Below are positions 29,667 to 40,567 of a stretch of 64,000 nt of DNA, in pieces. The translations under genes and the position numbers were made by a program. The DNA comes from Nitrosopumilaceae archaeon (GTDB lineage Archaea > Thermoproteota > Nitrososphaeria > Nitrososphaerales > Nitrosopumilaceae). Position 1 is the first letter of the stretch; the number at the start of each line of letters is the position of its first letter. Where the stretch lies: positions 864,001 through 928,000 of the forward strand of contig OZ242365.1 of NCBI GenBank assembly GCA_965208905.1. Reading direction: 5' to 3'. The notes under the pieces were generated by a model, which was not told where the DNA came from, searched no databases, and was given only the letters and a program-made list of their open reading frames with translations.

Positions 29667-30611
29667 TTAAACCGGGAAAGCTCCGCACATTCTGCAGAAC
29701 CTTGACTCTGTAACCGTGCATTTACAATATGGACAGTTATGGGAGCCATGTTCACCAGCTGGAGGGACTCCAAATTTTTGTTTGTACTGCTCGTAATAGA
29801 ACAAAGACTCTTTGGTGCGAATTTTGATGCCATCCTCCTTTAATATGTCGGATGTTTTTGTGTCAAACTGTACGTCTGAGATGAGCGATTCTAGTAGATT
29901 TGTCAACCCTGCAGTTCCGGCCCCATCCTGCATAGGAGTCTTTTCTCGCCACAATATGCCTGGAGGCAACAAATTCCGGAACGTCTGACGCAGTACCATC
30001 TTGCCCATGACACGTCCCTGATGATTCCCTATCATATCTTTGGGCGCAATACGTGATGCAGCATCCATTACGGCGTGGTCTAAAAAGGGCGATTCAACCT
30101 GTACACCCATGAATTTACCAATTTTGTGTGATGTAAAGTGCATTATGTTTCGAAGCCGACGAAGCTCATCACCAAGATTCTCTGTCCTTATCAAAAAATT
30201 ATACCCGGCAAAGATCTCATCTGCTCCATCACCAGTAATTATACTATCAATATTGCACTGTTTGGCCTCTCTAATGGCAAAGTACATGACTAAACTGTTG
30301 CGAATCTCTATATCGTTAAAGTTACCCAATATATTGATGGTTTGCCCAGCCCCTTCTAACATCTCTGCTAGAGTGGGTGTTATCATCTTCAATGACATAT
30401 TCAAATTCTTTGATACCATTTGAACATACGTCAAATCTGTCGATACAAACTCTTCGGCAATTACCGATATGGCCTGCATCTGCCTCTCTTGTGTTAGATA
30501 TGCAATTATGGTACTGTCTAATCCGCCCGACAAAGATATTGTGTTGGCCTTTGTGTCTATGCAGGCCTGCCGTATGATGTTATACAAATCTTCCATACAA
30601 TTTAGATTCAC
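29667..30611 (-). CDS. Asparagine synthase C-terminal-domain protein
   Basis: SLSGGLDS, TGDGADEIFAGY, PFLD, REK; C-terminal Zn ribbon. Confidence 0.85.
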   Translation of the reverse strand: MNLNCMEDLYNIIRQACIDTKANTISLSGGLDSTIIAYLTQERQMQAISVIAEEFVSTDLTYVQMVSKNLNMSLKMITPTLAEMLEGAGQTINILGNFNDIEIRNSLVMYFAIREAKQCNIDSIITGDGADEIFAGYNFLIRTENLGDELRRLRNIMHFTSHKIGKFMGVQVESPFLDHAVMDAASRIAPKDMIGNHQGRVMGKMVLRQTFRNLLPPGILWREKTPMQDGAGTAGLTNLLESLISDVQFDTKTSDILKEDGIKIRTKESLFYYEQYKQKFGVPPAGEHGSHNCPYCKCTVTESRFCRMCGAFPV

Positions 30612-30658
30612 AAAATCTTAACAAATATGTATTTAGGCTCCTCCCGCAAAGTCGGGCG

Positions 30659-32224
30659 ATGGTTGATGTATTGTTGGATAGTGTTAAATACATTATTAAA
30701 CCGTACTATGTGATGGCTCTTGTAAAAAATAGCAGGGCAATAACACGTACATACACAAAAAATTTGGGTATGCGGTATGTGTTTGAGCATGTCAGGAAGG
30801 TGGCAGAAGTGGCGTACATTATAGCGAATAATACGGGGAAGAATACCTATGGTGTTAACGCATTAATGTATCGTACAATGCGCGGTCTTGACCCCAAAGT
30901 ACGTTCATCCATAACGCAGACCGCCATACGGGACGGGGTTGCCGCCCATAAAACGTACAATACAAAGACTGCGCAGGGCATGAAGGTATCTGAACCTGTA
31001 TTCTGTAATCCGGTTGTAAAGTTAACAAATCAAAGTTGGAGGCTGAATCCGATAGCGGGTGGATATATGGCTGTTGCAAATGTTGGCTCATCAAAACACC
31101 GACACATGATAGCAATTCCCATCTCTTTAGATGTGGTACGCAGAATAGGACAAAATGAGTTGGGCGAGTTGTGGATCACGCCAACCACCTATACAATTAC
31201 ATATTACAACAAAGTACCAACGGTTGAAAAACCCCACCCACACGGCAAGTCGGAGATTATTGAACTACTTACGGATGTGGGGCAGGTGGGCGGCACGCCA
31301 AAGGATGTGATTGGTGTTGATATTAATGAAAAGAACATCACCGTAGGTGATAAAAACACGATGGTACGGTTTGATCTATCATGTACAATACAGGCCATTG
31401 AGGAGGCAAAGACCGCGGATGTAAACAATACGTATACACGCACACATGATGATGCCGCATATGCAGCACGTACCGGAAGGCGTGTTGTACACAAGAAGGA
31501 GGAGGAGCGCAGGGGAAAACAACAAGTCACACATGGTGGTCCCAAACTATACAACAAACTCAGACGCAGATACAAGAAACTCAAGAGGGAGGGCAAACAC
31601 AAGAGGGCCGCGGAGATAAAGAAGCAGACGAACAGATGTATACTGAGCATACCACATAACCACACAAAGTCAAAAAAGAATGATAAAAAACGCAGGGTGG
31701 CCAAAGCCGTGCGCCGCCACGAACACGTGCTGAATGTAATAGCATTATGTATAGCACAGTGGGCCGCACAATCCGGGTGCTTGGTGATGTTGGAGGATTT
31801 AACCAATATATCGTACAGTTGGCAGAAGAATGGGAAGTTTGGCCATAATATGCGTCGCAGATTATATTCTGCCATGATGCGGAAAGCATCGAATTTAATT
31901 TATGAAAAGTCCCGGTTTTTGGGAGTGGAGGCATTACATATGCGTCCACACAATACATCCAAGTTGTGTGCTGCATGTAGAAACATACTAACTGGGACTT
32001 ATCATAAAAAAGACTGCACCCACTGTTGTACAGTTGGCGTAGATCGCGACGTCAATGCAGTGGAGAATATACGGCGAACAAGCGCCGTATCCCGATATGG
32101 TCGTCAGGTTTCGGCCAGTCTGGGCGAAGTCCGTCGTGATGTGGATGTAATCCTCGATCCCACACCACTCATACAGGGTTGCTGGAGCAACTGGGCTGAC
32201 AGACTATCCCGCATGGTGGTGTAA
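30659..32224 (+). CDS. tnpB: TnpB-family nuclease (lineage A)
   Basis: GVDINE, VMLED, CAAC..CTHC, DRDVNAVENI. Confidence 0.9.
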   Translation: MVDVLLDSVKYIIKPYYVMALVKNSRAITRTYTKNLGMRYVFEHVRKVAEVAYIIANNTGKNTYGVNALMYRTMRGLDPKVRSSITQTAIRDGVAAHKTYNTKTAQGMKVSEPVFCNPVVKLTNQSWRLNPIAGGYMAVANVGSSKHRHMIAIPISLDVVRRIGQNELGELWITPTTYTITYYNKVPTVEKPHPHGKSEIIELLTDVGQVGGTPKDVIGVDINEKNITVGDKNTMVRFDLSCTIQAIEEAKTADVNNTYTRTHDDAAYAARTGRRVVHKKEEERRGKQQVTHGGPKLYNKLRRRYKKLKREGKHKRAAEIKKQTNRCILSIPHNHTKSKKNDKKRRVAKAVRRHEHVLNVIALCIAQWAAQSGCLVMLEDLTNISYSWQKNGKFGHNMRRRLYSAMMRKASNLIYEKSRFLGVEALHMRPHNTSKLCAACRNILTGTYHKKDCTHCCTVGVDRDVNAVENIRRTSAVSRYGRQVSASLGEVRRDVDVILDPTPLIQGCWSNWADRLSRMVV

Positions 32225-32248
32225 TCACCCGACTTTGCGGGAGGAACC
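32069..32248 (+). ncRNA. Putative omegaRNA scaffold of family A (equivalent regions in the other three copies)
   Basis: Hairpins ATACGGCG/CGCCGTAT, GGTCG/CGGCC, GTTGC/GCAAC, TCCCGCA/TGCGGGA; more conserved between copies than the ORF body; position matches known tnpB omegaRNAs; 5' boundary uncertain. Confidence 0.65.
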
Positions 32249-32298
32249 TGTATTTACCAACAGCATGCATAAAATACAGAACATAATGTAAGTACATT

Positions 32299-34083
32299 AT
32301 GACACATCGTGTGGCTGTTCTAGACAGCGATCTCTGCCAACCGCGAAAATGCGGCTTGGAATGCATAAAATATTGTCCAGTAAACAAGAGCGGCGCAGAC
32401 TGCATAGTATTGGATGAGGGTGAAAAAAAAGCTCAGATTGATGAAGACATATGCAATGGATGTGGAATCTGCGTCAAAGTCTGCCCCTTTGATGCTATTA
32501 CAATAGTGAATTTGGCATCCGAGTTAAAGACGGACAAGATACATCAGTACGACCAAAACTCATTTAGATTGTATAGACTTCCCACGCCTAGAAAAGGAGA
32601 GGTGGTTGGGCTGCTTGGCCGCAATGGCATGGGAAAGAGTACCGTGGTGAATATACTTTCAGGTGGATTAATACCAAACTTGGGAGACTATGAGACTGAC
32701 CCAAGTTGGGACGGCATAATCAAACACTTTGCTGGAACCGAACTGAAACAGCATTTTGAAAGCATACGCGATGGGAATATTGTATCATCCATCAAACCAC
32801 AACAGGTACACCGAGTGGCATCTGCATTTAATGGTACAGGCAAAGATCTGATTGAGCAGTTTGATCAGAGAGGCGTGGGCAGACAGATGATACAAGAGTT
32901 GGACTTGACCAATGCTATCCATCAACCTCTGAATGAGCTCAGCGGAGGTGAACTGCAGCGAATATCCATAGCTGTGGCCGCCTGTAAAAAGGCCGACTTT
33001 TACTTCTTTGATGAACCCTCCTCGTATAATGACATATTTCAAAGGACTGGTGTCGCCCGGGTAATTCAAAGTCTGGCCAATGCAGGGAGTAGCGTGATGG
33101 TAGTGGAGCACGACCTGACACTTTTGGACTTTCTGAGCGACTACATAGAGGTTCTGTATGGTGAGCCAGGTGCATACGGTATAGTCTCCAATGTTTTATC
33201 CACAAAGGTTGGAATAAACGTATTTCTGGATGGCTATCTACCTCAAGAGAATGTGAGGTTTCGAGAGAAAAAGTTCACATTTGTGGCATCATCTAGTAGT
33301 GATGACTTTACAAACTCTCCACCGATGGTGGAGTATACTGATATAACAAAAAAGTACGAGTCGTTCTCACTTTCGGTACATTCTGGAATGGTGAGAAAAG
33401 GTGAGATTTTAGGTATAATGGGTGCCAATGCTTTAGGCAAAACCACATTTATGAAGATCTTGGCGGGGGTTGAGGAGTCCGACTCGGGTACGGTTACAGG
33501 AGATATCAAGCTCTCTTACAAACCTCAATATTTACAAGCAGATACGGATATGGAGGTATCTGAACTGTTGAGTCGAACCATTGATGGTACTATAGAAGGT
33601 AGTGATGAGGAAGAGCGCATCGTATACCCACTAAGGGTGACCAAACTATACACAAAAAAGATAAACAGTCTCTCTGGAGGCGAACTGCAGAAGGTGGCCG
33701 TAGCTGCTTCTTTACTGCGAAAGGCAGACTTGTACTGTTTGGATGAACCATCGGCATTTTTGGATGTTGAAGATAGGATAGCGGTTGCCAAGTTTATTCA
33801 AAAGTTTGTCAGATCATTTGGTAAATCTGCAGTGATCATTGATCATGATTTACAGCTTATGGATTTGGTCTCTGACAGGATTGTGATATTTGAGGGAGAG
33901 TCCGGCAGGTCGGGTATAGCTCATCCTCCCACAACCAAATCTGATGCGATGAATAAATTTTTAGAGACACTGAATATCTCTTTTCGGCGAGATGAAAAGA
34001 GCATGAGACCCCGTGTAAATAAAACAAACAGTAGACTAGACAAGCAGCAGAAGGCAAGTGGCACATTTTATCTTTCTCGTTGA
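32299..34083 (+). CDS. Ribosome recycling ATPase ABCE1/Rli1
   Basis: N-terminal Fe-S Cys cluster, two ABC domains with LSGGELQ. Confidence 0.95.
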   Translation: MTHRVAVLDSDLCQPRKCGLECIKYCPVNKSGADCIVLDEGEKKAQIDEDICNGCGICVKVCPFDAITIVNLASELKTDKIHQYDQNSFRLYRLPTPRKGEVVGLLGRNGMGKSTVVNILSGGLIPNLGDYETDPSWDGIIKHFAGTELKQHFESIRDGNIVSSIKPQQVHRVASAFNGTGKDLIEQFDQRGVGRQMIQELDLTNAIHQPLNELSGGELQRISIAVAACKKADFYFFDEPSSYNDIFQRTGVARVIQSLANAGSSVMVVEHDLTLLDFLSDYIEVLYGEPGAYGIVSNVLSTKVGINVFLDGYLPQENVRFREKKFTFVASSSSDDFTNSPPMVEYTDITKKYESFSLSVHSGMVRKGEILGIMGANALGKTTFMKILAGVEESDSGTVTGDIKLSYKPQYLQADTDMEVSELLSRTIDGTIEGSDEEERIVYPLRVTKLYTKKINSLSGGELQKVAVAASLLRKADLYCLDEPSAFLDVEDRIAVAKFIQKFVRSFGKSAVIIDHDLQLMDLVSDRIVIFEGESGRSGIAHPPTTKSDAMNKFLETLNISFRRDEKSMRPRVNKTNSRLDKQQKASGTFYLSR

Positions 34084-34931
34084 CCCGATTTTTAAAACGC
34101 CTTCTGGCTGATACACTAAACGATTATGAACTTGACAGTCTGATATCGGCATTTGATCAAATTGGCGACATTATAATAATTCGCATACCATCATCATTAT
34201 ACCCTAAAAGGATGGAGATTGGCAATGTTCTCTTAAATGAGATAAATGTGGTGAACCGTGTGTTTTGCCAGATAACTGATATCGGCGGCGAATATCGCAC
34301 CCGGAGTTTAGAGTTGGTGGCCGGTCAGGGAGACACTACTACTACATACAAAGAGAACGGCTGCACATTCGAGGTGGATGTGGAGAGGGTCTTTTTTACA
34401 CCACGTCTGGCAACGGAGAGAGCAAGGATATCTACAATGGTTCAGCCAAATGAAAAAGTACTGAACATGTTTGGCGGTGCAGGCATGTTCTCTATACAGA
34501 TGGCCAAAGACACTAACTGTACTGTGTATAATGTAGACATAAATCCTCAAGCTACTACTTTGTGTATACGCAATACACAACTGAACCGTCTAAAGGGCAG
34601 TGTCATATCTATCACAAACAATGCCAGTGCTATATGCCAAAGCATGCCAGATACCTTTGATAGGATTGTAATGCCGCTACCCGAGAGGACAGACGAATTT
34701 CTCAAAGATGCCGTATCGGCTATAAAAGATACTGGAGTAATACACTACTACTCCCACGTACATGCAGACCGCAAACAAAATGCCGTATCGGTTTTAAAAG
34801 AGCACTTTGATGATATATCGCCAACTTTACATAAAATAACTGATGGCCGGTTGGTACGGGCAGTTGGGCCCAGATACTATCAGGTCGTAATTGATGTTAT
34901 AATATACAAAATACTAGGCATCTGTGATTGA
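34080..34931 (+). CDS. Trm5/Met-10+-like tRNA methyltransferase
   Basis: IGDIII, KENGC.F.VD, FFTPRL..ER, NMFGGAG.F, DRIVMPLP. Confidence 0.83.
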   Translation: MTRFLKRLLADTLNDYELDSLISAFDQIGDIIIIRIPSSLYPKRMEIGNVLLNEINVVNRVFCQITDIGGEYRTRSLELVAGQGDTTTTYKENGCTFEVDVERVFFTPRLATERARISTMVQPNEKVLNMFGGAGMFSIQMAKDTNCTVYNVDINPQATTLCIRNTQLNRLKGSVISITNNASAICQSMPDTFDRIVMPLPERTDEFLKDAVSAIKDTGVIHYYSHVHADRKQNAVSVLKEHFDDISPTLHKITDGRLVRAVGPRYYQVVIDVIIYKILGICD

Positions 34932-35129
34932 TGCAGAGGAGCGACGTGTAGTTGCCATGGAGTATCCTATCCAAGCTATTACGGCTAGCAGCGCACCTAC
35001 AATCATGAGCATGGATAACTGCATCACTATGGGACTCCATTCAGAGAGCATCAACAAGTATGCGTATGTGAAGAAGCCACCTATGCATAGTATGAATATC
35101 ATCAGACCTCCAGCTTTTCGCCTGTCCAT
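34914..35129 (-). CDS. Small two-TM membrane protein
   Basis: 71 aa, two hydrophobic helices, WIGYSMATT. Confidence 0.7.
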   Translation of the reverse strand: MDRRKAGGLMIFILCIGGFFTYAYLLMLSEWSPIVMQLSMLMIVGALLAVIAWIGYSMATTRRSSASITDA

Positions 35130-35157
35130 CGAATTGTATCTACAAGTACCTAATTTA

Positions 35158-35673
35158 TCACTTTGAAGGAAATTCTATTGCCATGAGAAAAGCATCCTCA
35201 CCATCTCTATAGTATGAATTTAGTTGTTGCTTTATGACAAAGCCCAACCTTTCATATAGTCGTACAGCTCCATTGTTACTACATCTCACTTCAAGATACA
35301 TCTCTACACACTGCTTGCTTTGTATGCCTTTGATGGACTCCTCGACTAAAATGCGGCCTATGCCCCGTTTACGATAGTCGGGGAGTACTGCTACTGATAC
35401 CATGTGGCCCTTTTTGACAAATCCCAATCGTCGAAAAGACGAAAAACCATACTCGGTCTTGCACATTATATAACCAACATACTTGTCGCCTTCTAAAGCC
35501 ACTATGAAGGCTTCAGGTATCTCTGCTAGAAGGCTCTCATAAAAGTAGTCCGAATAGTGTTCTGGTAATGTCTTTAGATTTATCTCCATTATGGGTATGA
35601 GGTCTGATGGTTGTGCACGTCTGTATATACACCCATCACTCTCTCGCAATATGGATTGCATCGTAAACAACAC
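35158..35673 (-). CDS. Ard1/RimI-like N-acetyltransferase
   Basis: LPEHY, GHMVSVAV, RKRGIG, YLEVR.SN..A..LY, YYRDGEDA. Confidence 0.9.
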   Translation of the reverse strand: MLFTMQSILRESDGCIYRRAQPSDLIPIMEINLKTLPEHYSDYFYESLLAEIPEAFIVALEGDKYVGYIMCKTEYGFSSFRRLGFVKKGHMVSVAVLPDYRKRGIGRILVEESIKGIQSKQCVEMYLEVRCSNNGAVRLYERLGFVIKQQLNSYYRDGEDAFLMAIEFPSK

Positions 35674-35698
35674 AAACTATGTTTTAATTAAATCATCA

Positions 35699-36070
35699 CT
35701 AAATACTATCTCTGGGAACTTCAAATGGTATGTGCCGACTATGAGTAACCAGGCTATATGAACGAAGAAGTATGTTACATTCATTAGAGCATTTTGCATC
35801 ATCGTGTTTCATCCCTAGACCGTCTTTGGTGGTAAGAATAGATTGGATTAATGGTATTATGGCTGCCCTGCCGCCATATGCGCCAATTTTAGTTATAACC
35901 CAGAACATATCTGTGGCAGTATCATCTAGAATTTGTTTTCTGATTCGTTTACCCTCAGGCGTATAATGGCCAATTATGGTGAGATTGCTGCCTGAAAGTG
36001 CATCCACAACAAGGGCAAAGCGATGGCACATCTTACAGGTATCATCATATAACATTATTGGCAACTGCAC
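35699..36070 (-). CDS. DCC1/DUF393-like thiol-disulfide protein
   Basis: N-terminal YDDTCKMC (DxxCxxC). Confidence 0.7.
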   Translation of the reverse strand: MQLPIMLYDDTCKMCHRFALVVDALSGSNLTIIGHYTPEGKRIRKQILDDTATDMFWVITKIGAYGGRAAIIPLIQSILTTKDGLGMKHDDAKCSNECNILLRSYSLVTHSRHIPFEVPRDSI

Positions 36071-36201
36071 AATGAATATACGGTGTATGGTGGTTAAAAA
36101 TTTTCAGCGTTGTATATTTTCTGAAACAATAGTGTGGTATTGCCCACATCCAAGATAATTACTTTGTCACACTTATAACACAGAGCATTGATCTTTCACC
36201 A

Positions 36202-37407
36202 ATGAATAGAATATTCGCTACTTTAGTGGCGATAACAATTGTAAGTATGATGTCTGGTGCCGGCGTTGCATTAGCCGAGATACCAGAAGAGGTAACCGTA
36301 GGCGGCGTGTTTGACATTACAGGCAGCTGGTCTGAGGAGGGCAGCTTGAGCAGGACGGCCGCGCAATACGCGGTGGACGACTTCAATGCGTATCTGGTGG
36401 ATATAGGCGCCGAATGGCAAATGAAACTGCTCATCGAAGACTCACAGGCATTGGGGCCTGTCGCGTTTGATAAAGTGTCGTCGCTCAATAGCCGCGGTGC
36501 TGATATAATAATTGGTATGGGGTTTAGCTCGCACCTTCAGCAATCGGCCGCATACGTGGATAACCACAACATGCTGGTCATATCCCACGCCTCGCAGGCC
36601 GCCAACTTGGAGATTGACGATAACATGTTCCGGTTGGTGCCCAGTGACAGTAACCAGGCGCCGGCCGTTGTGGCCATGATAGAGAATGCTGGCATTGAGG
36701 TACTAGTTCCCTTTGTACGAGATGATACTTGGGGCAACGGAATGCTGAATGCAGTAAAGGAACAGTATAGCGGCACCATACCCGATGAGTTCAAGTATGC
36801 TACTACGAATCTGGAGTTCTCTGCTGAGATAGGCACGCTAGATCTGCGCATTGGAGACCTGATAGAAGAGCATGGAGCCGACAAGGTGGGCGTACTATAC
36901 GTGGGAACCGATGAGTTCCTGACAATAATAGAAGGAACGAAACTATACGACAATGTGGATAATGTCAGGTGGTTCAGCACCAACACACAAGCGACCAATG
37001 AAGCGCTGTTCCAAAACGAGGATGCCGCCGAGTTCGTCGATACCGTGATGTTGACAGTGACCAAGCAGGGCAGCACGAGTGCAAACCACGTTACCGCGCA
37101 CGTTGATGACATACTGAACGCCACCTCTGAAAGAGCCCCATCGCAGTACACCTACGCGTCGTACGATTCAGTCTGGCTTTTGGGTGTGACCATCCTGCAG
37201 ACTGGTACCACTGATATATCGACTTTAGTGAATGCCATACCATTGGTAGCGGAGCATATGATTGGCTCTGCCGGTCCACTAAGGCTTACTGATAACGGCG
37301 ACCTGGCATATGCCGAATACTCCATACTACAAGCCTCCGGTGGAGAGTTTGTGACCATATATGACTACGATCCGGCTACAGACTCGCTGATTGATGTGGG
37401 GAACTAG
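36202..37407 (+). CDS. ABC-type substrate-binding protein (LivJ/type I periplasmic fold)
   Basis: Signal peptide, ITGSWS..G, FRLVPSD..Q, YDSVW, NGD. Confidence 0.85.
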   Translation: MNRIFATLVAITIVSMMSGAGVALAEIPEEVTVGGVFDITGSWSEEGSLSRTAAQYAVDDFNAYLVDIGAEWQMKLLIEDSQALGPVAFDKVSSLNSRGADIIIGMGFSSHLQQSAAYVDNHNMLVISHASQAANLEIDDNMFRLVPSDSNQAPAVVAMIENAGIEVLVPFVRDDTWGNGMLNAVKEQYSGTIPDEFKYATTNLEFSAEIGTLDLRIGDLIEEHGADKVGVLYVGTDEFLTIIEGTKLYDNVDNVRWFSTNTQATNEALFQNEDAAEFVDTVMLTVTKQGSTSANHVTAHVDDILNATSERAPSQYTYASYDSVWLLGVTILQTGTTDISTLVNAIPLVAEHMIGSAGPLRLTDNGDLAYAEYSILQASGGEFVTIYDYDPATDSLIDVGN

Positions 37408-37700
37408 CCTATTTCCAAAACTGTGTTATTTTTATGATCTTTTTATAATGTGACTTGGATGTCGTGCGATGCCGGATGGTTCCGTATGGCAGCCCATATG
37501 CAGGGATCTTCTGGTGATCTAACTCTGACTGAATACGGTGATCTGGTTGGGTCAAAATTTGTGATAACGCAAGTTGTAGACGGTACTTGTGTCGAGCTCG
37601 CAGAAGAGTGATTCTTTTTTTAATAGTGAATCTCCACACTGATGGCTCAGATGGGTATGGCTTGCTCGAACTTTACAAGAGCGACTAATGGTGCCGCTCA

Positions 37701-38492
37701 TCACTTGCCCATGCGACGCTTACGTTTCTGAAACGTACGTATTGCTCTTAACAAATCTATTTTTCTAAATTCTGGCCATAATATGTCCATAAAGACAAGC
37801 TCACTATATGCTCCTTGCCACAGTAAAAATCCACTTAATCTCTTCTCCCCTGATGTGCGCAGTATCATATCTGGTGATGATTGGGGAAGGTGTGATGTAT
37901 ACAAGTTTGACTCAATCTCTTTGGCAGTAATGTCGTTCACATGAATTTCTCCTCTGCAAACCTTTGCAACAATCTTCTTTATTGCATCTAATACCTCATC
38001 TTGGCCGCCATACGCCATTGCTATGTTTAGATATCTACGGCTATACGACTTGGTTGCCTCATCCAGTTTTTTTAGTGCATCAAGTATGCTATCAGGTAAA
38101 AGTTCCATTTTGCCTATGGCACATACTCTGGTTTGATTGCGATGTATTCGAGGATCATTGTATAACTTCCAGAGCCGGGCCTCTATCAATTGATAGAGAT
38201 ACGATAACTCTTCATCTTCTCTAGATAGATTTTCTGCGGATAATACGTATAATGTAACTATTTTGATGCCTAACTCCTCGCACCAATCCAACAAGTTCTC
38301 TACAGCGTCGGCTCCACGAAAATGGCCTGCTTTCTCCAGAACAAGTTGTTTTTTTGCCCACCGCCTATTTCCATCAAGTATTACTGCTATGTGGCCAGGT
38401 ATGGTTCCTTGCTTTATCTCATGTTCTAATCGTCGTGAGTATATGTTGTACAGCCCCAAATAGCGAAGTATGATGTCGTGAGGATATCTCAT
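37701..38492 (-). CDS. uppS: cis-polyprenyl diphosphate synthase
   Basis: HIAVILDGNRRWA, SAEN, RTSGEKRLSGFLLWQ. Confidence 0.95.
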   Translation of the reverse strand: MRYPHDIILRYLGLYNIYSRRLEHEIKQGTIPGHIAVILDGNRRWAKKQLVLEKAGHFRGADAVENLLDWCEELGIKIVTLYVLSAENLSREDEELSYLYQLIEARLWKLYNDPRIHRNQTRVCAIGKMELLPDSILDALKKLDEATKSYSRRYLNIAMAYGGQDEVLDAIKKIVAKVCRGEIHVNDITAKEIESNLYTSHLPQSSPDMILRTSGEKRLSGFLLWQGAYSELVFMDILWPEFRKIDLLRAIRTFQKRKRRMGK

Positions 38493-38509
38493 TACTATGT
38501 TTGTGTGGT

Positions 38510-38871
38510 GGAGTTATATAGAAAGTATGAGCTGGTAACTAAACGTCGCGTCAGTTACCGGCCTGCCGTGCGGCAGATGTTGGTGGCGAACCACCATCCA
38601 GAGGAGTTACATTGAGACGTTCTTTGTTGGTTGGACTTTGACACCCGACCTTTGAACAGCCTGTACCGGCCATCACGTCACCAACGACACTGGGTATTGT
38701 GAGTGTCGCGAGATGTATCTTTCCTCTCAAGACCATTCCAGCCTGTCGTATAGCGAATAAACGGCCTATGGTTTCTAAACTTATTATTCTACTCAATGTG
38801 TAGTGAGAGATGTTGACTGTGGCATCCATATGCGCAATCCCAAAATTAGTTTGCAATCTACGTGACATCAT
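38510..38871 (-). pseudogene. Decayed tnpB C-terminus plus structured 3' region
   Basis: AHMDATVNI resembles RuvC-III; 38576-38715 homologous to 13249-13413; eroded TIR-like GGAGTTATATAGAAAGTA at 38510. Confidence 0.55.
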
Positions 38872-39119
38872 GTGCCCTCCCAGACTACTCGTCTACTATG
38901 GTGAATTCTTTAGGTAGCATCTTGCGTATAAACGCCTTGGCAGGATTTTCCAAATTGTCCCAACCCCGGGACATGTGAGGTCTGTGGTTCCCCTAGTGTA
39001 TAATCTCATGTATGTCTGAAAGCCACTTTTACTTGCGCGGTATCTCACCGTGAAACTACTCTAATTTGCCGTTTGTCTGGGCATGTTGCTTTATCTTTGT
39101 GGGCTGTATCTGCATAAAC

Positions 39120-40256
39120 TCATGGTTGAGACTCAGTCTCGTCTTTGTGTTTACGCTTCCTCCAAAACAGTAACGCTGCAATCGTTAGTGTTGCCGCCAA
39201 ACCTGCCAATAGTGGAGGTATCAGTGTGAATGAGGTCTCATCATGCAACACAATGTTGGTAAATTGATACACAATGGGATACAGTGATGCTAATACCGCC
39301 AGCCGAAGTATGTCTATGGTGTGGGCCCTATTACTGCCAACCATATTTCCTAGAAGTGTACCAGCAAAGATGACTCCTATTCCTACCCATAATATGGGGA
39401 GCGCTCCGGCCACAAACTGACCTAGTATCTCTTTGTCAGTTATGGCAGATATGATATCTGTTCCTCCACTAAGCACTATGGGATCCAGTGCTGTTAACCC
39501 AGCAGGTATGGATGATAGTATCAGTATAATTCCGCCTACCAGCATAAACAACCGAATGAATCCAGATGGGGTTGGCCGTGTCCACTTGTAGAGAGTCTTG
39601 TCCACATCAAAGGCACGCACCAACAGTGCTCCACCAAATATGCTGACTAGTACGGCAAATATCTCTGCAGTGTATCCAAAGACACTACCAATGCCTCCTA
39701 TAAGTAACAATATACCCGGTAGACCCAAGAAGAACTTGGAGTATTTGGGGTCATACGCTATCATATTTAGATACTTGCCAAAGACTGCGTACGAGTACTC
39801 GACACTTCGGCTTACCTTCATGACTACCCGCTTTACCGACACCACAGGCACAACCCCTTGTATTATGGGTATGACTGATTCATCATCCTCGCCATCTGAA
39901 ACAACTATGACACCTGTCGCCGGAAACTTTTCTATTGTGTATTTGACTTCCTTGATTATCTTTTCATCGGCGGCAACACCACGATCCGCTGATCCTGCTA
40001 CGGTGACTACTTCGGCTTTGTACCCCTGACTCACCAAATCCTCATACATCTTTATAGCTGCAAATATGGAGTTGGAGTCTGCATCTTCAGGGTCTTCCAG
40101 TGCCAACCGTTGTGCAGCCTCTATACACGCGTCTCTTCCTACTGCTGGCGTCTCTATATTGGCTTTATCACCAATGTCGTTGTCTCTATCTACACATATC
40201 ACCAGCAATCGACTGTCTTTGGTTTGGATTTTAGAATCTTTTATAGATTGTTTCAT
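39120..40256 (-). CDS. DUF373 family membrane protein
   Basis: LVICVDRDNDIG, DPEDADSN, VSDGEDDE; C-terminal TM helices. Confidence 0.85.
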   Translation of the reverse strand: MKQSIKDSKIQTKDSRLLVICVDRDNDIGDKANIETPAVGRDACIEAAQRLALEDPEDADSNSIFAAIKMYEDLVSQGYKAEVVTVAGSADRGVAADEKIIKEVKYTIEKFPATGVIVVSDGEDDESVIPIIQGVVPVVSVKRVVMKVSRSVEYSYAVFGKYLNMIAYDPKYSKFFLGLPGILLLIGGIGSVFGYTAEIFAVLVSIFGGALLVRAFDVDKTLYKWTRPTPSGFIRLFMLVGGIILILSSIPAGLTALDPIVLSGGTDIISAITDKEILGQFVAGALPILWVGIGVIFAGTLLGNMVGSNRAHTIDILRLAVLASLYPIVYQFTNIVLHDETSFTLIPPLLAGLAATLTIAALLFWRKRKHKDETESQP

Positions 40257-40567
40257 TGGTGATCTAGGTAATATTTTGTTTTTAACGATTACGCATTTTG
40301 GGTTCTGGAATTATATACTCGAGTCTACCGTGTGTATTGTTACTGGATTAGTAGGCGCGAACCCTCCCATTAAAAATGCATAGAGTAAGCCGGTCGTATA
40401 CCAGAAATATATGCTGGCAAAATAGATATGCAAACCTTGTACCTTTGGAACTATTATATCACTTGGTTAAACACAAGTTTTGTAACGCTGTTTTACTAGT
40501 ATATGTTTGTGGAATACATTTTCAGCCGAAGAATATTTTAAATACGCTTTGCATCATATTATACAAT

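Larger units (their letters stand above)
30636..32248 (+). mobile_element. Non-autonomous TIR element carrying tnpB, family A copy 3
   Basis: TIRs GGCTCCTCCCGCAAAGTCGGG / GGTTCCTCCCGCAAAGTCGGG; TSD TGTATTTA at 30628-30635 and 32249-32256. Confidence 0.95.
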
